Of a DNA stretch of 64,000 bases, positions 40,324 through 54,279 are shown in pieces. The notes beneath the pieces were generated by a model. The model worked only from the letters and a program-made list of their open reading frames with translations. It searched no databases and was not told the origin of the DNA. Source of the stretch: Eledone cirrhosa (lineage: Eukaryota); the NCBI GenBank assembly GCA_964016885.1, contig OZ024742.1, positions 93,992,001 through 94,056,000 of the forward strand. Direction: 5' to 3'. A program made the translations under genes and the position numbers. The stretch's first letter is position 1; every line of letters starts with the position of its first letter.

Positions 40324-40823
40324 ACTCTTCTTCACTTTCCTTAAATTACCCTCTTTACAGACTTCTCAGTCTGATTTACTTTTATTTTTATTTTTAACTT
40401 TATTTTTACTTCACATCCACCAGTGACCCCCCCCCCTGCTTTATGATTCACTTACTTTACATCTTCACAATTTTACATGTTTTACTTCCCCATTTTCTTT
40501 CACTACCTGATATCACATGTCACTTGCGTTTTTAACTCTAGATATATTCTGTTGTCTCTCAGCCGCTTTTATGTATGTTTACTTGCGTATAATTTGTACT
40601 CATTTATTCATACGGCTGGTTTTTATATTGTATCTATGCGTGTGAGCGTGCATGTGTGTGTATGCATGTTTGTATATGTATATGAATGCATTCGTATGTG
40701 CGCGTGTGTGTGTATGTGTGTGTGTATGTGTGTTTTTATATCTATGTTTTTTACATACTTATATATAAGTGTGTGTGTGTATATGTATATGTATATATAT
40801 ATGTATATATATATGTATGTGTA

Positions 40824-40857
<34 letters not shown>

Positions 40858-41682
40858 GTCGCGTGCGTGCGTGTGATGTACATGTACGTATATATATATC
40901 TGATTCGTGTGTATGTATGTGCGCCTTTGTATGTATGTACGCATGTATGTGCTTTTGTCTGTACGTATTTATATATATATATTTATATATATATGTGTAT
41001 GTACGAACCTATGTTTGTTTTCTATTTTTCTAGTGTTACTTTATAATTGATAACCCCTCCCCCTTACTTTCTCTTTGACTTAATTTTTTTATTATATATT
41101 TTCCATTTTTTCATTTTTATATCTGTATCGACCTTCAGCCTGACACTGCTTTGACTGATACACTCCCTTCCCTGTATATATCACTCGCATGTATGTGGTT
41201 GCGCGCGTGTGTGTGTTTATACGCGTGCTTTCATACTTGTATGTGTATATATTTCAATCCTTAGTACCTGAGACTGGATGTACGTTAACTCTATTATTTT
41301 ACAATTTCTTTTTCAGCATATATTATATACGTATTTGTGATCACACATACACTGATATGCTTGCCCTCATATATGTACTTACGCACACATTTTTTCACTA
41401 TACACATGCATTTGTACATACACAGATATGTACATTTGTGAGTGAATATATACACAGTACTTATTGTGCATTTCGCCTAACGGCTTAACTTGTCTCTCTT
41501 TCTTTCTTTACGTCCAGTGTGTACTGGAACGAATGATATCAATATTAATGACCTGAAAACAGAGTCATTTTCAGATGTTGACTGAATAAATGGGACTGTC
41601 CATCTTTCTGTATGCACACACGCACACATGTGCATACACACACACACATTTATATATACATATATGTATATATGAATATATA

Positions 41683-41734
<52 letters not shown>

Positions 41735-41759
41735 TACGTATATATATATATATATATAT

Positions 41760-42102
41760 CATCATTATCCTCATCTTCATTTTACGTCCGCTTTTTCCCT
41801 GCTTGCAAGGGTGGACGGGAACTAATGCTGGCTTGATTTCTACAGCTGGATGCCCTTCCTAACACCAACCTCATTTTACAGTGAGTGGTGGGTGCGTTTT
41901 TGCCGTGGCACCTCCACGACCACTTTGCAGTGGTATGCAGGGACTAGGGCCCCTATCATCTCAATTTTACAGCTGATTAAACTGGAGCAATGTGAAATAA
42001 AGTGTCTTGCTGAAGGAAACAAAACATGACCCGGTCTGAGAATTGAACTCACAACCTTTCGATTGCAAGCCCAATGCTCTAACCACTAAGACATGTGCCT
42101 CC
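41760..42102 (-). mobile_element. CORE-type SINE with RTE-like 3' tail
   Basis: Reverse complement of 61581-61882. Confidence 0.85.
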
Positions 42103-42119
42103 ATATATATACATATTTA

Positions 42120-42734
<615 letters not shown>

Positions 42735-42807
42735 GCACATATGCGCGCACACACACAGAGATATATATGTTTGTGAGTGTGTGTGTTTATGTGCAGAGTG
42801 GGTGAGC

Positions 42808-42840
<33 letters not shown>

Positions 42841-43344
42841 CAAAAAGTAAGAGAGTTAGGAGCGTGTGAGAGAGAAAGTGGTGATGTATATCAACATGAT
42901 CATCATCATTATATTACATCTACAATGATGGTATGTATATATGCTAATAAGATTGTTAGTGTAAAATCATACAGTTCTTCTCAAAATAAAAATTTGAATA
43001 AAATACTCATTAGTGTGAACATTACACTGCTATCTCCGCCAATAGCAGCACCACCGCCTTGAAGCTGCACCAACAACACCATTTACAGACAATAAGGCAA
43101 CACACTTATTTCCATTGCAACAATTTCAGAATATCTTTCCTGGTTTTTGCCAGACCCCCAGTAGAGACAGCTGCTACTGCTGCTGCTCTGCCTATTAAAA
43201 CTGTCAACTAAGTTCAGTTCCGTTCAAGCAACTGAGATCAAACACTCTGTAAGATGTTAAAAATACTTAAAATATTCAACAATTCAGATAATATATAGCA
43301 ATGAAAACATAGTTAAAAACTTGATATATATATTCGTAAATTAG

Positions 43345-44070
<726 letters not shown>

Positions 44071-44427
44071 TTAGTGAAACACAAATATATATAAATACAT
44101 CATATACATAATTAGAATGTTTCTCCGTACAAGAGATTAAAAAAGACTCAATATAATTTCTAAAAATATATAAAATATTTTAATGAGACTTCTTCAAATT
44201 TTGGTAAATTCCATGTGCTTTAAAAATTATGGCAAGGTCAGTGTAGAGAAATTCTTGTAGAACTCTCTTATTTATTACTTTACGTCACATGCCAACAAAA
44301 GCATGTTGTGTATGTACAATTTCACATGCACGTTGCATCTAGAAGTCCAGGGGGAAATATATCGAATATGTATCTCAATTTAAATGTATGTTACTCAAAT
44401 TATTTTCAACATGTCTCTCCATCTATG

Positions 44428-44507
<80 letters not shown>

Positions 44508-44665
44508 CTATCATTTAATTTTTATAATGTATAAATAACATATTCGAAAAATACATGAGTGCAAACAAAACAGTGCAATCAAAATTTTGCGGAAAAATAT
44601 CTTACCTTCACCAATAAAAAATATTACGTATTTTGTGAAATACAGAGACTTTCAATAATGACGAA

Positions 44666-45230
44666 AAGTCGACCCTAAATATTACTAATAGCTCTAGGAA
44701 AGCCATGAACGGCAGCACATATTATTAACTTCGATTTTGAAAATAGGTTTATAATTATCAATTTTCATTATACGTTTGTAGTTCTCTCGGTGGCCTAGTT
44801 GGAGGAATCATAGATGATGGTGATTCTGGTCTGAAGTTCGATCCTGGTTGGGAGTAGAGTTCCCCGTAAACCTTTTCAATTTTTTTGTATGGGTTGTAAA
44901 ATATAAACTGAAAAAGCTTACATGTTCCTCTAGACCAAGATTGAACCCAAGGGCAGAATCTCCACTGTTTCTAGTACCTACTGCTAGGCCACGGACAACT
45001 ACGAAAATCATATGAAAATCCATACTTATAAACCTACACTCAAAATTTCAAAACAAAGTGTTGTGGTATCGTTCATGTCTTTTTTAATGATTTTGCTCCT
45101 ACTTGAGATCAACTTCTAAATCATTTGGGTGTTCCATAAACTACATCCTTGTTTTGTTTCACATCTATCTAGACTATATTTCATCCTTGAATCCATATTT
45201 CATTACTGTTGCACCGCATCCCGCCCCCCT
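44666..45230. repeat. Dispersed ~550 bp repeat with two convergent tRNA-like heads (copy 1)
   Basis: Direct-repeat homolog at 51131-51690; plus strand TGGCCTAGTTGG...GTTCGATCC, minus strand TGGCCTAGCAG...GGTTCAATC. Confidence 0.75.
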
Positions 45231-45344
45231 ATCTCTCTTTTTCTCTCTGTAATATTTGAATCTACTGTGGTTTGGGCTTACTTCATTCATATATTTATGT
45301 TTTTGCATGTCAGATTCAAACTTACAATGATTGGCATTATATAT

Positions 45345-45625
45345 ATCATCATCATCATCATCATCATCACCGTTTTACTCCATTCTTCTACGCTAGCATG
45401 GGTCAGACGGGTTGTCCTGTTGTGGGCCGTGTCCGACCGGCTGACCTTGTCTTGCTCATACGGGAACTGATTCTGGCTTGATTTCTACAGCTGGATGCCC
45501 TTCCTAACACCAACCTCATTTACAGTGAGTGGTGGGTGCTTTTTTCCGTGGTGCCTACACGTCCACTTCACAGTGTGGGCTGAGTGCTTTTTTGCCGTGG
45601 CACCACCACGACCACTTTGCAGTGG
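45345..45625 (-). mobile_element. RTE-like LINE/SINE 3' tail fragment ending in (GAT)n
   Basis: Shares cactgtaaatgaggttggtgttaggaagggcatccagctgtagaaa with the LINE tails and CORE SINEs. Confidence 0.7.
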
Positions 45626-45729
45626 GAGGAGGTGGGGGTATATTATCTATATGCTCCAGATTTGGCTTGTACCCGTGGGAAGTCGGGTCTTCTGTATTAC
45701 TGCATGACGCCAGAGGTCACGGTCGTGTG

Positions 45730-45772
<43 letters not shown>

Positions 45773-45896
45773 ATATATATATATTAGTAATATTAATAAA
45801 TTTGAAGACTAAAATCCAAAGAGGGCTCGATAAGGATAAATATATATCAAATATATAAGTACCCTAGAGCAAATATTTATTAAAATTACACATTAA

Positions 45897-45947
45897 AGTT
45901 TAAGCAAAGAATCGCTGCTTTCACCCTTAACGGGATCTTCTGAAACT
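45897..45947 (-). ncRNA. Hammerhead-fold motif with variant CAGAAGA core in the 3' pLTR
   Basis: Minus strand: agttt-CAGAAGA-tccc gttaa gggt-GAAA-gca gcgattctt tgc-TT-aaact; copies at 47765-47815 (-), 47642-47692 (+) and 50469-50519 (+). Confidence 0.65.
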
Positions 45948-46319
45948 AAAAAAATCAATCTGTGAACGCAGAAGTAAATATTTCGAAAAATGTTGTAACC
46001 GAGGGAGAACAGGAATACGGTACTTCGGATTGTGGAGACGTTCCCTGGCAATGAACGGAAAACAGCGGAGAAAATACGTCATTATTTGGACCGGTGAGAA
46101 CAATTACACGCAAAGACAAAACCATGTTTATTGTATAAATGAAGTCGTAGACTAATATTCTATTTAGGTGGTTCATGGAGACGTTCCCTGGCAATGAACG
46201 AAAAGAAAACGAAGATGATACGTCATTATGTGGATCGTTGAGAACAATTACACGCAAAGACAAAACCACGTCTATGGTATAAATGAAGTCGTAGACTAAA
46301 ATTCTATTTAGGTGGTTCG

Positions 46320-47362
46320 TGGACCGCTCTTAGTCATGGTCAAAAGACCGTCATCACGGTACAAACCACCTGCCACGTTGGGAAATTCTTCCTTGATTGA
46401 GAAAAGAAGGAAAAGGCCGATAAGATCAGTAACCTCCGCAGAGTCACTAGCGCCCATACTCACGTCGAATGGGGTACTATTAGATTTTTTTTATCCAAAT
46501 AGAGACGTCGAAATTAATCACCGACTTACGGGCATTGAGGATGACATCGACTTCAAAATCCTTATCCACCCTGAGCGTTTTAGCGAAATTGTAGCTCTAA
46601 GAAGAAGTGGTAAAGTGATGGAGGAGTAATAATTATTGATGTCGAATTGATTGAACCAATCAGTCACCGCGAAAGAATTGTCTCACAGTGCAAGAGGGGC
46701 CAAGCTTCTAATTTCAGGTATAATTCTATCTAAAATCCTTTTACTAAGTCTACCTAAATCGGGTTCGTAGGGTTAATAAGCCGAATAGAGGGGCTGTTGT
46801 GGAAATTGGATTTGTCATCATTCAGGGTAAAGTGGGGAGTAATGGGGTCCAGAGGTTCAGTCCGGTCCTGGATGTTGAGATCAGAGGTGATGTTAAACCC
46901 AGCATCGATGATGTCATTAATGACACTCCGATTAGTTTTACGGTAATCCTTAGTCACAGCATTATGTAGCCGTTGGTGGTAAGTACTACGCTCCACTTGA
47001 TATAGATTGCCAGTTTTGTCGGAGTGGACGTGCACGGCATTAGAATCCTTAATAGAACGAATTTTATTCTTCGGGTCCTGCTGGAAGGAATTGCTCCTAT
47101 TCCGAAATTTGATACTCCGTATGAGTTCCAGGACATCATTTTCGAATGGTAGCAATGCTGGGTTACTCGGAGGGTTATTGTAAGTTTTAAACCAAAATTT
47201 ATCCTGTTTATTGTCCGCTTTTTCCTGATTATCGAAATAAAAGGCACTCCAACACAACCTTTTAATGAACGAGTCTGTTTTCTGTATCAGGAGTTTTAGG
47301 TATGTCTTCCTGCTTGGTACGGGTATGTTCTTTGTAGAAATATTTAGATGTTGTTTCTGCAT
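46320..47362 (-). pseudogene. PLE (Naiad-like) ORF, N-terminus through YRDDG
   Basis: MQKQHLNISTKNIPVPS, SDKTGNLY, SIRLINP, then a frameshifted RT homologous to 49920-50440. Confidence 0.88.
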
Positions 47363-47703
47363 GATGAATATACATATTGACGTATTATCTTTTTTTTTCG
47401 TTCATTGCCAGGGAACGTCTCTACGAACCAGGTAAATAGAATATTAGTCTACAACTTCATTTATACCATAAACGTGGTTTTGTCTCTGCGCGTAATTGTT
47501 CTCACCGCTCCAAATAATGACATATTATCTCCGCTTTTTTACGTTCATTGACAGGGAACGTCTCCTGTATTGTCTTCCTGTTCTGCTTTGGATGTAACGT
47601 TTTTCGAAATATTTACTTCTGCGTTCACAGATTGATTTTTTAGTTTCAGAAGATCACGTTAAGGGTGGAAACAGCGATTCTTTGGTTAAACTTTAATCTG
47701 TTA

Positions 47704-47740
<37 letters not shown>

Positions 47741-47749
47741 TTATTTATT

Positions 47750-50630
47750 AAACTAACAGATTAAAGTTTAAGCAAATAATCGCTGCTTTCGCCCTTAACG
47801 GGATCTTCTGAAACTAAAAAAAATCAATCTGTGAACGCAGAAATAAATATTTCGAAAAACGTTGCAACAGAAGGAAGACAGGAAGACGATTCTTTGGTTC
47901 GTGAAAACGTTCCCTGGCAAAGAACGGAAAAATAAGACGTCATTATTTAGAGCGATGAAAAGAATTACACGCAAAGACAAAACCACGTTTATGGTATAAA
48001 TGAAGTCGTAGACTAATATTCTATTAGGTGGTTTGTGGAGACGTTCTCTGACAATGAAGGAAAAAAAAAACGAAGATAATACGTCATTATGTGGAGCGGT
48101 GAGAACAATTACAAGCAAAGACAAAACCACGTTTATGGTATGACTGAAGTCGTAGACTAAAATTCTATTCAGGAAACCGAATGATTCTCGGCTTTAGAGT
48201 TAAGAATAATGTAAATAAATTACAGAGGTAATTGAAATCAACAAAAATTAAATATATACATGCACGCATCCATATACGTACATACACATACATACGCGAA
48301 AACACCCGCCATAGGTATGCACAATCAAGCACGTACACCCAAAAATACGCACGCACATAGAGAACGCACGCAACGCCTGTACCCGCACACATACGAACGT
48401 ATACACCAAAACACATAAAAATATATATTAAAAAAATATATGTGTGTGTGTGTGCATGTGTACATATAATTATATAAACGTATATAAATATACACACATA
48501 AATACGTATATAACGCGCGCACACACATACCTACATGTAAATACACATATGTTCGCTAAATGTACGTCAACCAAAACACAAGGTACACATATACACACAC
48601 CCTACATACGTACGAACCCGCATACTCACACAGACGCAAAACGTACGTATACACATAATCATATGCACATGTACTAGTATATATAATATAATATATACGC
48701 CTATAACATATACAAGCAAATATACGTACGAGAAATTATACGTACCTTCACAAAACATACAGGTAATATATACTTAACTATACAAATAAGTAATGGTATA
48801 AACTTAACATATACTAGGCTACCACATCAAGAGGTAAAATATCCGCGTATAGTTCGTACTATCCGTTAGGGTATAATGTGGGACTGTAATACAGGAAAAT
48901 GTTGTGCAATTTATGTTTACAAGCCGAAATTGCCTCAGATTTTTTGTTTAAGATATGGTCTTTGGCGTAGAGTATTTCCAAGACTTCAGCGGCGCAGAGG
49001 TCACATGGTATTTTATTTCCGTTATACGATCTACCCTTAGCTAGGATCTCTCAGTGTAACTTATATTGGGTGTGGTTGTCTTTTAGACTCCAGATATAAG
49101 CTGAAAGTGACGTCATATTCATTCTTAAAGGGTTAATAAAAGAATGGGTATGCATGTAAAGACGCCGCTTGAATCTATTGGCGGTTAACCCTATGTAGGC
49201 CCTCCGAGACGTGGGTGTTTCAACCTTACATTTGTAGACAATGTTACTAGAGAGGCATTTCCCGGATAGGGGGCAGTCACCTCGATTCCTACAATTACAG
49301 TTAGTACTAGCTACAGGGTTGCACGTGTTCCTACGACTAGGTAATTTAGCTAAATTTGAAGCTGTGATGTTATGTGCAAGGTTAGGAGTCGTAGAGTAAG
49401 ACATTTTAATGATATTTTTATTAAAAATTTTACTATTTTTATGTGCTGGGGGAAATGCTTCATAATAAGGGAGAGAAAGATCTTAGCTAATGGTGTGGCC
49501 ACCTCCATATTATATGGTGGGTTATACCATATAATGCGTCGGGATCTATTTTTTCTAGGTATATTCTCATACTCTGTATATGCTACCTTATCGACAAATC
49601 CACTCCGAGCAAGAGCTTTATTGTAATATGTGGAATGGTCGGTGAAAATATGCTCGTTTGTAGATAGATGGGAAAGCCTGAAAGAAACGTTTCTTACCAG
49701 GTTCTTTGTTACGCTGGCAGGATGGTTAGAATGCTTACTTGTGTAATTAAGCGTATCATTCGGCTTTCTATACGGGTAGTGCAAGTCATTCGACAAATTG
49801 AGGGTAAGGTCGAGGTAATTAACGACCGAGAGGTTAGCCTCAACCTGTATGGAGAGGTTGAAGCCTTTAAAGAAGGCTGTGAGTTCTTTTCTGAACCTGT
49901 CGCAAGCGCGTGGGCCGCAATTTATCATGGTCAAAAGACCGTCATCACGGTACAAACCACCTACCACGTTGGGGAATTCTTCCTTGATAGAGAAAAGAAG
50001 GAAAACGCCGATAAGATCAGTAACCTCCGCGGAATCGCTGGCTCCCATACTCACGTCGATTGAGGTACTATTAGATTTTTTAATCCAAATAGAGTCGTCG
50101 AAATTAATCACCGACTTACTGGCATTGAGGATGAAATCAACTTCGAAATCCTTAACCACTGTGAGTGTTTTAGCGAAATTGATAGCTCTAAGAAGAAGTG
50201 TAAAGTGATGGAGGAGTAGTAATTGTTGATGTCGAATTGGATAACACGGCAATGTTCCTTGTTGCATATGCCGTTGAACCAATCAATCACCGCGAAAGAA
50301 TTGTTCCACAGTGCAAGAAGGGCCAAACTTCTAATTTCAGGTATAATTTTATCTAAAATCCTTTTACTAAGTCTACCTAAATCGGACTTCGTAGAGTTAA
50401 TAAGCCGAATAGAGGGGTTATTCGGGAAATTGGATTTGTGATCCCTGCGTTCACATATTGATTTTTTTAGTTTCAGAAGATTCCGTTAAGGGTGAATGCA
50501 GCGATTCTTTGCTTAAACTTTAATCTGTTATTTTAATAAATATTTGCTCTACGGTTCTTATATATTTGATATATATTTATCCTTATCGAGCCCTCTTTGG
50601 ATTTTAGTCTTCAAATGTATTATTATTACT
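47750..50630 (-). mobile_element. Penelope-like element 2: short inverted 5' pLTR, 5'-truncated ORF, 3' UTR, 3' pLTR
   Basis: pLTR 47750-48172; inverted pLTR piece 50445-50630. Confidence 0.88.
48859..50443 (-). pseudogene. PLE (Naiad-like) RT + GIY-YIG, frameshifted
   Basis: QFDINNYYSSI, MGASDSAEVTDLIG, YRDDG, IIWYNPPY, CNCRNRGDCPLSGKC, NIVY..YIGLT, CDLC..E, ACKH. Confidence 0.92.
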
Positions 50631-50633
50631 ATA

Positions 50634-50820
50634 GGTGGATTGGCAGTGTCGGCAGAGGGTCGGGCGCCATGCTCTGACGCATAGAGTTACGGTCCTTGCC
50701 ATTCTGAGTTCAAATCCCGCCGAGGTTAACTTTGCCTTTCATCCTTACAGGGTCGATAAAATAAAGTACCAGTAATGCACTGGGTAATTGCTGGCCTTGT
50801 GCCAAAAGTAGAAACAATTA
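50634..50820 (+). mobile_element. OK-like SINE
   Basis: Full-length copy; attattactata duplicated on both sides. Confidence 0.88.
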
Positions 50821-50821
50821 T

Positions 50822-50874
<53 letters not shown>

Positions 50875-50901
50875 CGTATATATGATAAGGTATATATAAT
50901 A

Positions 50902-50977
50902 AGGTAACAACCTTATTATTCCTATGTATGTTTAACTGTTGAATTGATTTAATTTGATTATTTTAGCAAACAAATAA

Positions 50978-51028
<51 letters not shown>

Positions 51029-51111
51029 ATGTATGTATTATTTGTTTGCTAAAATAATCAAATTAAATCAATTCATCAGTTAAACATACACAGGAATAAT
51101 AGGTTGTTACC
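50902..51111. repeat. Short inverted repeat (~80 bp arms) centred on (TA)n
   Basis: ggtaacaaccttattattcct...agcaaacaaataata / tattatttgtttgct...ggaataataggttgttacc. Confidence 0.85.
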
Positions 51112-51130
51112 AAAGGACCAGAAGATTGAC

Positions 51131-51690
51131 AAGTCGACCCTAAATATTACTAATAGCTCTAGGAAAGCCATGAACGACACCACATCTTTTTAACTTTAAT
51201 TTTGAAAGTAGATTTATAATTATCAATTTTCATTATACTTTTGTAGCTGTCGCGGTGGCCTAGTTGTAAGAATCATAAACAGTGGTGATCTTGGTCTGAA
51301 GTTCGATTCTGATCAGGAGTAGGGTTCCCGATAAACCTTATTCAGTTTTTTCTATGGGTTGTAAAATAAAAACTGAAAAGGGATACATGTACATCTCGAC
51401 TAGGATTGAACCCAAGGTCAGGATCTCCACCGTCTCTAGTACCTACCGCTAGGCCGCAGAGACAACTACGAAAATCTTGTCAAAATTCATACTTATAAAC
51501 CTATTTTCAAAACAAAGTGTTGTGGTGTCGTTCATGTCTTTTAAATGATATTGCTCCTACTTAAGGTCAACTTCTAAATCATTTGGGTGTTCCATAAAAT
51601 ACATTCTCGTTTTGTTTCACATCTATCTTAATTACATTTTAACCTGTAATCCACGTTTCCTTTCTGTTCCACCTCATTTGTCCCCCTCCT
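51131..51690. repeat. Dispersed repeat with two convergent tRNA-like heads (copy 2)
   Basis: Colinear with 44666-45230. Confidence 0.75.
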
Positions 51691-52137
51691 TCATCACTAA
51701 TTGATTTGACAGATGTTTTTAACCCATTGATACCAAATATAATTTGGTCAGTAGTTCGTGTGTAAGTATATAAATATATATATATATTCACATGCTTGTG
51801 TGTCTGTGTCTATATATGTAAGTTTGCATGCATGAATGAATACACAAAGCTTCAGATTTAGTAGAATGTACAACCACTGATTCCAGCTATTTTCACTATC
51901 GTATATTTTGGTTTCTAGTAATTCCCTGGGGAATTGGTTGACCAAATGCTTTGCTTAATTGTTTTAATTATCTTTTAGAAAATGTTATCCTTTCTCTTAG
52001 ATTTCGCGTATTTTTTGAAAGCGAAGCATTGGCTCCTAAAACACTACAGTAGGCCCTGCAATGCTACTGTGGGCTCTTGCAATGCTACTGTTGGCGCCTT
52101 GGGGCTCACTTGCCATTGGGCAACCTGGCCAGTCCGC

Positions 52138-52181
<44 letters not shown>

Positions 52182-52280
52182 CAAATAGTTACTCTACATG
52201 GCTGAATACAAGAAATGTAAATCTGAGATTTTCGAATATAAATAATAATATTTGTTGATTCGTTTGAAATTATGCCAATA

Positions 52281-52685
52281 GCCTCTTAAGCCATGTGAGT
52301 GGAATAACCTCATCATCCTTCCTCTTGTGTTGGCATATAAACAGAATCGCAGGCACTGATGTTTCTGGGTTATTATCCTTCATTACTACCATATACTGTT
52401 TAACTGCTAACTGTCTGAGCTAGTGAAAATATATGATATTTTCTGGAATATACAGTGACTGACCAGTCTGATTTGCATATTAGCAGATAGGCCAGTCAGT
52501 TTTATGTATATGAGTGATTAATGGTCGGTTTTGCCATAGTCAAATAGCTAACAAATAGTTTTAATGCTCTAATTAGCTGAATACAAGAAATGCAACCCAG
52601 AAAACATTGGTGTCTGGTGTTCTGTTTATATGCTAACACAAGAGCAATAATTACAAGGTTATTCTACTCACATGGCTTAAGAGGC
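52281..52685. mobile_element. MITE with ~90 bp imperfect TIRs, TA-flanked
   Basis: TA|gcctcttaagccatgtgagt ... actcacatggcttaagaggc|TA. Confidence 0.7.
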
Positions 52686-53927
52686 TAGTTAGGTTATGAT
52701 AGATTTAAGTAAAAACATATACCATCTCACCTTCATTGGAAACAGCAAACACATCCGTTGTCAAGCACACAAGTGTGTGTGTGATTGAGGGAGTGAGAAA
52801 TTGTGTGTATGTGTATGTATTATTGGAAGAAGGATAACTTCACAAAAACCTACACCAGAATAATAAATAGAATTTTCAAAACCAGGTACACACAGCATAT
52901 AAACTCATTCTGCAATATTCACTGAAGGTATGCAGTATGTCTATCAAAGAATATGTGTAACTTAATGAATAATAATATAAAATAGGGAGAGCAATAATAA
53001 ACTGTGCTATCATTTTAATTAATTATTACAGAATAAGCTCATTAATCATCAAATTATTTATTTTCAAAAACTGGTCCAGATTTCAAGCAGGGTGATCATC
53101 GATAGAAACTGTGCCAAAATATAGAATGTATGAGTGAGACATAGTCATCTGATCTGTCTAGTCTCAGAACATGACAACCCATCAAACCCATGCAAACATG
53201 GAAAATAAACATCAAACAGTGATGATGATAATGATGATGATGACGATGATGATGATGACGAGGAAGAGGAGGAAAGATGGAAATAGTCTGGTAATAGCCG
53301 CAGTCATATGATGGCAAGAATTGAGTTAGGAATGAATAGTCATGCTATAGTTTCGTATTCACTAGAATAATAATTATAACATGTTAACCTATAGAATATT
53401 TCTATGTTAATTTATTGAACAATGTTGGTCACTTCGACTTTATTAGTAATTTGGTACAAAATTCTATTTGCAAAGAAATATAAAATGAAAAGGAAATGAA
53501 TATTTCTGTTCTAAGATTTCATGTTAACCAATTGGGATGTTTATACAGATTTTTAATTGGGGTCTATGCATATATGGTTATGAAAATGTTCATTCCGTTT
53601 GGCTATTTAACCTTCTGGCTTGATGTTTAGAGATCTTTAGCTTTTCCAGGGGACAAAGGCTATAAAATTCATTTGTCATATATAAGTGACACTAATTACA
53701 GATATATGGTATATTGCTATTCCACAAAATCTGGATGTTTTATGTCCCAAATTCTATATAATGCTTTAAATCATCATTACCATCATTTTACTTTGACTTT
53801 TCTGTGCTGCTATTAGTGAGACAGAACATTATTAGGTAGTGTTTTCCAATCAGATGACTTTCCATACATCAATCCTTTTAGTCATTTCATGCAACATACA
53901 GGAATACAGTTCACACATGCATGAACT

Positions 53928-54021
<94 letters not shown>

Positions 54022-54279
54022 CACGCGCGCGCATATATATGCTTAGAAAATGTAGAAAATCTCAAATAGAGGAAGGCAGCTGTGCACAGCTTAGAAAATT
54101 AAATACCCCTATAGAAAGAAAAAATTACTAGCAGCTGCTACAGAGAATTAAAATCTTTACTCCTCAAATTTAGGTTGAGTGCTCCGTATCAGTGAGCTAA
54201 ACAAACACAGAAGAAATTTACCGCCTTAAATAAAGCTATCTGCTTTTCATGTATATTTACAAATATATATATATATATA

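Larger units (their letters stand above)
35900..41456 (+). mobile_element. Penelope-like element: 5' inverted pLTR, 5'-truncated ORF, 3' UTR/pLTR
   Basis: 36118-36583 plus 38289-38670 is the reverse complement of 40620-41456, flanking an RT-GIY-YIG ORF; the left boundary is approximate. Confidence 0.85.
45783..47710 (-). mobile_element. Penelope-like element 1: inverted 5' pLTR, N-terminal ORF part, 3' pLTR (internally deleted)
   Basis: pLTR 45783-46320 and its inverse 47380-47710 flank the ORF; pLTRs contain ~130 bp subrepeats. Confidence 0.85.

Noticed and set aside
49051-49053. In-frame TGA in the PLE GIY-YIG as possible selenocysteine (some Naiads encode selenoproteins)
   Set aside because: It aligns with Trp in the other PLE (YKLDWSIL versus YKLH*EIL), so it is most simply a TGG-to-TGA mutation.
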